From: Acidobacteriota bacterium
GTDB lineage: Bacteria > Acidobacteriota > Blastocatellia > Pyrinomonadales > Pyrinomonadaceae
NCBI GenBank assembly: GCA_031414415.1
Contig: JANNVK010000070.1
Coordinates: forward strand, 7,722 to 71,721
Length of the DNA: 64,000 bases
Direction of reading: 5' to 3'
Shown here: positions 60,192 through 64,000 of the stretch, in pieces
How the letters are laid out: the number at the start of each line of letters is the position of its first letter
Numbering within the stretch: position 1 is the first letter of the stretch
Translations under genes and position numbers: made by a program
Notes under the pieces: generated by a model
The model's input: only the letters and a program-made list of their open reading frames with translations
Told to the model about the DNA's origin: nothing
Databases searched by the model: none

Positions 60192-61079
60192 TTATAAGTT
60201 GGTCTGATTTAGAAGTTTATTGATTTCTTCTTTTGAAAGTCCGGTTGCTTCTTCAATAAATTCAGTATCAAGTCCTTTTTTTAACAATCTCTTCGCAACT
60301 TCAATTTTTCCTTCAATCTTACCTTCAATCTTTCCTTCGATTTTTCCTTCAATCTTTCCTTCGATTTTTCCTCTCGTTTCCGCCATTCTCAATCTGCCGA
60401 GTTCGTCGCCTTCGCGGATGAAGATTTTGTTATATTCTTCTAATTCCAACTTGCTCCAGCTGTGCTTGTCCGCTTCTTCAAACGCCGTCTTCAAACCCGT
60501 ATCTTCAATGCTTTCAGGAATTACATCCAGATTCTCGGCGTTTTTGATGAAGTAAACCCATTGTTCGACGATCGTTTTTAGTTCGATTTCCGTCTTTTCA
60601 AACTTCGGCAATTCGATAAAATTAAACTCCACGTCTTGCAAAATATGTTCACCAGTTTCGACATTTAACACGCGATGTCGGCTAAAATAATTCTCATTCG
60701 TCCCGATTTTAAAGTCTAAAATTCCGATAAAATACGTCGGATTGAGTTTCGTATATTCATCTCCGCGTTCGATTTGGGCAACGTAACTTTGCGACGTGTA
60801 ATACAAAACGCGTTTGCTAAATGCTTCAGCCTCAGCAACTTGCATCTCCACGATGAACAAATCGCCAGTCTGATCCTTCGCTTTTACATCGACAATCGTC
60901 GCCTTTCCGCCGACAAGATTCGGCAGTTGATACGGATTCATAATCTCCACATCGACTACTTTTTCGCCTTCAACGCGTTCCAAAACCGCGTTCAAAAACG
61001 AAATTAGGACGATCTTTTTATTTTCGTTCCCAAATATCTTCCGAAACGCAATATCATTTGTTACATCTACGAATTTCAT
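60192..61079 (-). CDS. Rpn-family (PDDEXK_2 / Transposase_31) recombination-promoting nuclease / putative transposase
   Basis: MKFVDVTNDIAFRKIFGNENKKIVLISFLNAVL, the DLFIVEMQV core (D..E.Q/K), and the C-terminal AKRLLKKGLDTEFIEEATGLSKEEI tail typical of the family. Confidence 0.85.
   Translation of the reverse strand: MKFVDVTNDIAFRKIFGNENKKIVLISFLNAVLERVEGEKVVDVEIMNPYQLPNLVGGKATIVDVKAKDQTGDLFIVEMQVAEAEAFSKRVLYYTSQSYVAQIERGDEYTKLNPTYFIGILDFKIGTNENYFSRHRVLNVETGEHILQDVEFNFIELPKFEKTEIELKTIVEQWVYFIKNAENLDVIPESIEDTGLKTAFEEADKHSWSKLELEEYNKIFIREGDELGRLRMAETRGKIEGKIEGKIEGKIEGKIEGKIEVAKRLLKKGLDTEFIEEATGLSKEEINKLLNQTNL
60301..60372. repeat. In-frame 12-nt tandem repeat x6 encoding (GKIE)6 in the Rpn-family protein
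   Basis: CCTTCAATCTTW / CCTTCGATTTTT units. The protein reads RGKIEGKIEGKIEGKIEGKIEGKIEV. Confidence 0.9.
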
Positions 61080-61097
61080 TCTTAAAATTTACTTGAT

Positions 61098-61907
61098 TTA
61101 CTTGATTTGTTCAATATTCTGAACAACTTTTCCGCTTGGGTAAGTTTGCTCGACAAGTCGTCCGCCGAAGTCGAATTTGTATTTCGATTCGTAAATGTTT
61201 CCGTCCGTGATTTGTTGGCTGGCGAGAGTTCGCCCGAAGTTGTCGAAGCTCGTGAATTGCGTTGCGGAGATTGAACTTGAGACTTTTGTCAGCTTGCCTT
61301 TCGCGAAGTTATTTGTCGCTGGCGGCGGTGTCGAAAGTCCCATTCCGTCGTAGTAATAATAGACGCTCGGCGTGTCTAAGTTGCTGTAACTTCTGACTTT
61401 AACACGTCCGGCTTTGTCATAAGAATTTGTGATTTGTTTGTTTTCCGCATCAGTTGTTTTGATCAAATTCCCGACCAAATCGTATTCCATCGCGGCTGTC
61501 CAATGGTTATTTCCACTCACCGAATCAGCCAAATCCAACGCCGGATTTACTTCCTGTTCAGGTTGTCGGACGCGGATTAATCTGCCCAGAAAATCGTAGA
61601 GAAAATATCTGTTTTGCACGCCTTGCGAGACTTTTACCATCTTGCCTTGCGGATTATATTTGTAAAATGTCGGCTGATTTGGCGTGGCAATCGAACCCAA
61701 ATCGTTGTTGCCAGTCGGTTCATCAATCCGAATTAGTTGCCCGAGCGAATTCGTTATCGAACGTGCTTTTCGCCCCGAAGCATCAGTCGCAATCGTGAAA
61801 GTCCCGACGAAATCCGTCTCGGTCGAAATTCCCCATTCCGTGATTCCGAGACTCGCTCCAGTCTGACCTTCAACTGCCGGAGCAAGCGTCTCAACCACAC
61901 GATTCAA
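61098..61907 (-). pseudogene. Rhs/YD-repeat core fragment (orphan) starting immediately after the immunity gene and truncated at the Rpn cassette
   Basis: YD repeats (YKYNPQGKMV, FLYDFLGRLIRV, EYDLVGNLIKT, SYDKAGRV). YD-like sequence continues upstream of the TTG start (..RYDELNRVVE). The fragment ends ..PSGKVVQNIEQIK*. Confidence 0.7.
61123..61206. repeat. 84-bp direct repeat (right copy) flanking the Rpn-family gene
   Basis: See 60035-60118. Confidence 0.85.
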
Positions 61908-61941
61908 CTCATCATATCTCGGTTTTGACCAATAGAAAACA

Positions 61942-62613
61942 CTACCGATTCAAATTATCAAAATTCTCGAATTTTAATTTCAACCAATCTCTGAAAACCA
62001 TAAACTCACTTGAATCCCCATTAGGATGAACAGCGATTATTTTTTCAAATTTATTACTTTGTTCAACAAATAAATCAAAACGATTCATCACATAAGTCAA
62101 TCCAAGTACTCGTGATACTCGTTCAGAAATGAATGGTGAAATTCTGTCACCTAATTTATCATCTGATAGATATTCATATATAGAAGCAACATCATTCATT
62201 TTTTCTATGAATGGAACTCCAGCCTCTTCAAAAATATGCAGCATTTCATTTGTTTCTTCTTCAATTTCATTGGAATTATAAACTTGCCAAGTCCAATAGA
62301 CCCAATTTTTAATATTTCCAACATTCCCACCAAAACTGCATCCTTTATATTTTGGCTCATTTAATATTTCTATACGAAACTCATTCAATAAATTTTCTAG
62401 CGAGACGATTGTTCCAAAAATATGACAACTAAACTCTAGGCAGACAAATCTTTTCTGAAAGAAGATTTCGGCACAAATTGTTCCGCCTTCAATAATTTTA
62501 CAGGCTTCATTTTTCTTAAATTTATCAAAGCCCAATGTTTCAAGCCGTTTGAAAAAGATAGATAAAATTTCTTCCTGTAATGGTTTATATTCAATAGCTT
62601 TAATATTACTCAT
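61942..62613 (-). CDS. Putative cognate immunity protein of the Rhs toxin (DUF4304-like by recollection)
   Basis: It lies 15 nt downstream of the Rhs toxin stop on the same strand. The 223-aa protein is cytoplasmic-looking with no signal peptide. Confidence 0.5.
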   Translation of the reverse strand: MSNIKAIEYKPLQEEILSIFFKRLETLGFDKFKKNEACKIIEGGTICAEIFFQKRFVCLEFSCHIFGTIVSLENLLNEFRIEILNEPKYKGCSFGGNVGNIKNWVYWTWQVYNSNEIEEETNEMLHIFEEAGVPFIEKMNDVASIYEYLSDDKLGDRISPFISERVSRVLGLTYVMNRFDLFVEQSNKFEKIIAVHPNGDSSEFMVFRDWLKLKFENFDNLNR

Positions 62614-62628
62614 AATTAATACTAAACA

Positions 62629-64000
62629 TTAAGGTATTCGAATTGGAAGTTCAATCGTTCTAACTGGTTTTAGAATTTGACCAGCCTTTTCCTTTGCACT
62701 TTTCCCCAAAACTCCACCAACTCTACGAATTGCACCATCTTTTGCTAGTTGCCCTAGACTTCTACCAGCACCAGATTTGATTTCAATTGCAATTGTTTCA
62801 CCGGAAGGACTTTTTACAAGAAAATCAACGTATCGTCCTCTTGCGAAGCCAGGTAATTTCACATATACATTGTTTGCGATTATTTCAAATCCGTTTTTTA
62901 GTAAAAGGTTTCTTGCCATAGCTTCGGCAATATGACCTTTTGCAGTATTAAATAATATTCCATTTAGTGGAGACAATATTTTTTGAGCCTGATTGGCTCG
63001 ACTTCCCGCAGCAACTATACTAGTTCTTGCTGCCCCACCACTACCTGGAACAGCAAATGCTGGAAGTATCCAATTGGCATAGAAATTAATAATAGGTCTT
63101 GCCCACTGCATTGATCTTTCAGTGCCTTGAAAAAGTTCATAATTCTGTCTTTGACGCATGTCATCGATGGAGATTTGCCTATAAGTTCCTCGGAAAACTC
63201 CGTCTTCACTATAAATGCTACCGCTTTCCATTGACTCTCCGTTGCCCGTGAAATCAAATCCGCCAGCTGCTCTAGCTTTTCCAAATTGATAGTCGCTTAC
63301 AGTCCAACATTTTGTGGCACTTTCGCAAATTTGATAGCTTAAACCTTCGGGGTCAGTGTAAAGACCAGGATTATTTCTTCCATATGCGTAAGCGTTCCAG
63401 CTTTGAGGATCATCGGATGAGGCTCCGGCATTCTCTGGGTCAGCTGTTGAAAACCTCCCTAGTGAATATCGATAGTAACGATTTTTTGCAAAATCTAGAT
63501 TACTTTCATTATCTCGCTCATATGAAGTGAAACGATTTCTTATATTATCACTTCCGTAATTAGCTCGTTGAATCTCTTCTCCGAATGGCATCAAGTCGTG
63601 TCTTGAAACTACTTGACCATTTGCATCGGTTGTAATTCTAGGGCTTCCTACATTATCAGTTGTCGTATAGCTGACTTTCGCGTCTGCCACCACAACTGGC
63701 TTTGTTGAATATTCAGCAACCAATTTATCTTCAAAGTCGTAAACAAAAATTGTTATTTCTCCTGTATTTGGTAAATGCTTTTTAATTCTTTTTCCTTCGC
63801 CATCATGAAAATATTGTCCAATAATTCCAGTTGAATTCGAGACTTGGATTTGTCTATTTTCAGCATCATAAATAAACGTTTCTCCTTCAAGATTTGTAGT
63901 AATATTTCCTGCATCGTCATAAACTGCCCCAATAAGCCGATTTTTTATTTCATTAATCTGAGGATTGCAAATCTGTGATTGGCAAGTTGGTGATATTGTT
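62629..64000 (-). CDS. Rhs-family polymorphic toxin, C-terminal part (core end, DPxGL boundary, about 236-aa toxin domain); the N-terminus lies beyond the window
   Basis: My translation shows the frame open from 63723 to the window edge with YD repeats (..YDDAGNITTNLEGETFIYDAENRQIQV..GQYFHDGEGKRIKK..). The core end reads YYRYSLGRFSTADP..NAYAYGRNNPGLYTDPEGL. The CT domain contains GRYVDFLVKSPSGETIAIEIKSG (D..ExK). Confidence 0.85.
   Translation of the reverse strand, partial: TISPTCQSQICNPQINEIKNRLIGAVYDDAGNITTNLEGETFIYDAENRQIQVSNSTGIIGQYFHDGEGKRIKKHLPNTGEITIFVYDFEDKLVAEYSTKPVVVADAKVSYTTTDNVGSPRITTDANGQVVSRHDLMPFGEEIQRANYGSDNIRNRFTSYERDNESNLDFAKNRYYRYSLGRFSTADPENAGASSDDPQSWNAYAYGRNNPGLYTDPEGLSYQICESATKCWTVSDYQFGKARAAGGFDFTGNGESMESGSIYSEDGVFRGTYRQISIDDMRQRQNYELFQGTERSMQWARPIINFYANWILPAFAVPGSGGAARTSIVAAGSRANQAQKILSPLNGILFNTAKGHIAEAMARNLLLKNGFEIIANNVYVKLPGFARGRYVDFLVKSPSGETIAIEIKSGAGRSLGQLAKDGAIRRVGGVLGKSAKEKAGQILKPVRTIELPIRIP

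Overview
This is a 64-kb chromosomal segment at roughly 40% GC (judged by eye, not computed) from a diderm bacterium. The gene content includes zinc-ribbon/RDD membrane proteins, DUF4097, CBM9/DUF5916, FG-GAP, TPR-CHAT, Uma2 and many lipoproteins. That mix resembles Acidobacteriota-like environmental genomes, but the taxon cannot be established from this window. About 50 genes are supported. Clear housekeeping genes are coaD, an RqcH/NFACT-like gene, a DEAD-box helicase, rlmB, ppdK, an aroD-aroE fusion, thiF, ndh (NDH-2), coaE, folD and an oligopeptide ABC transporter (two oppA-like genes, oppBCDF). There are five accessory regions. (i) 25.3-35.1 kb holds an ECF-type sigma, an anti-sigma, an exported TPR-CHAT protease and two FG-GAP proteins, one of them a 1236-aa double beta-helix protein. 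(ii) 41.2-45.5 kb holds a PocR-GAF-GGDEF cyclase followed by a degenerate-P-loop AAA_16-like protein fused to an RsbW-type kinase domain. (iii) The opp operon is interrupted by two Uma2 (DUF820) nuclease-fold genes joined by ATGA start/stop overlaps, a TPR-TonB_C protein and a small exported protein. (iv) 59.5-64.0 kb is an Rhs locus with a C-terminal PD-(D/E)xK-like toxin and a putative immunity gene, followed by Rhs core fragments separated by an Rpn-family gene lying between 84-bp direct repeats. (v) A truncated IS200/RAYT-like gene sits at the left edge. A family of A-rich 7-9-nt tandem repeats sits at gene boundaries and, in two cases, inside coding sequence. It includes a 21-bp x9 array that fills one whole intergenic gap. 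I saw no rRNA, tRNA, CRISPR array, reverse transcriptase, integrase or prophage. All product calls rest on motif recognition by eye. No database search was run.
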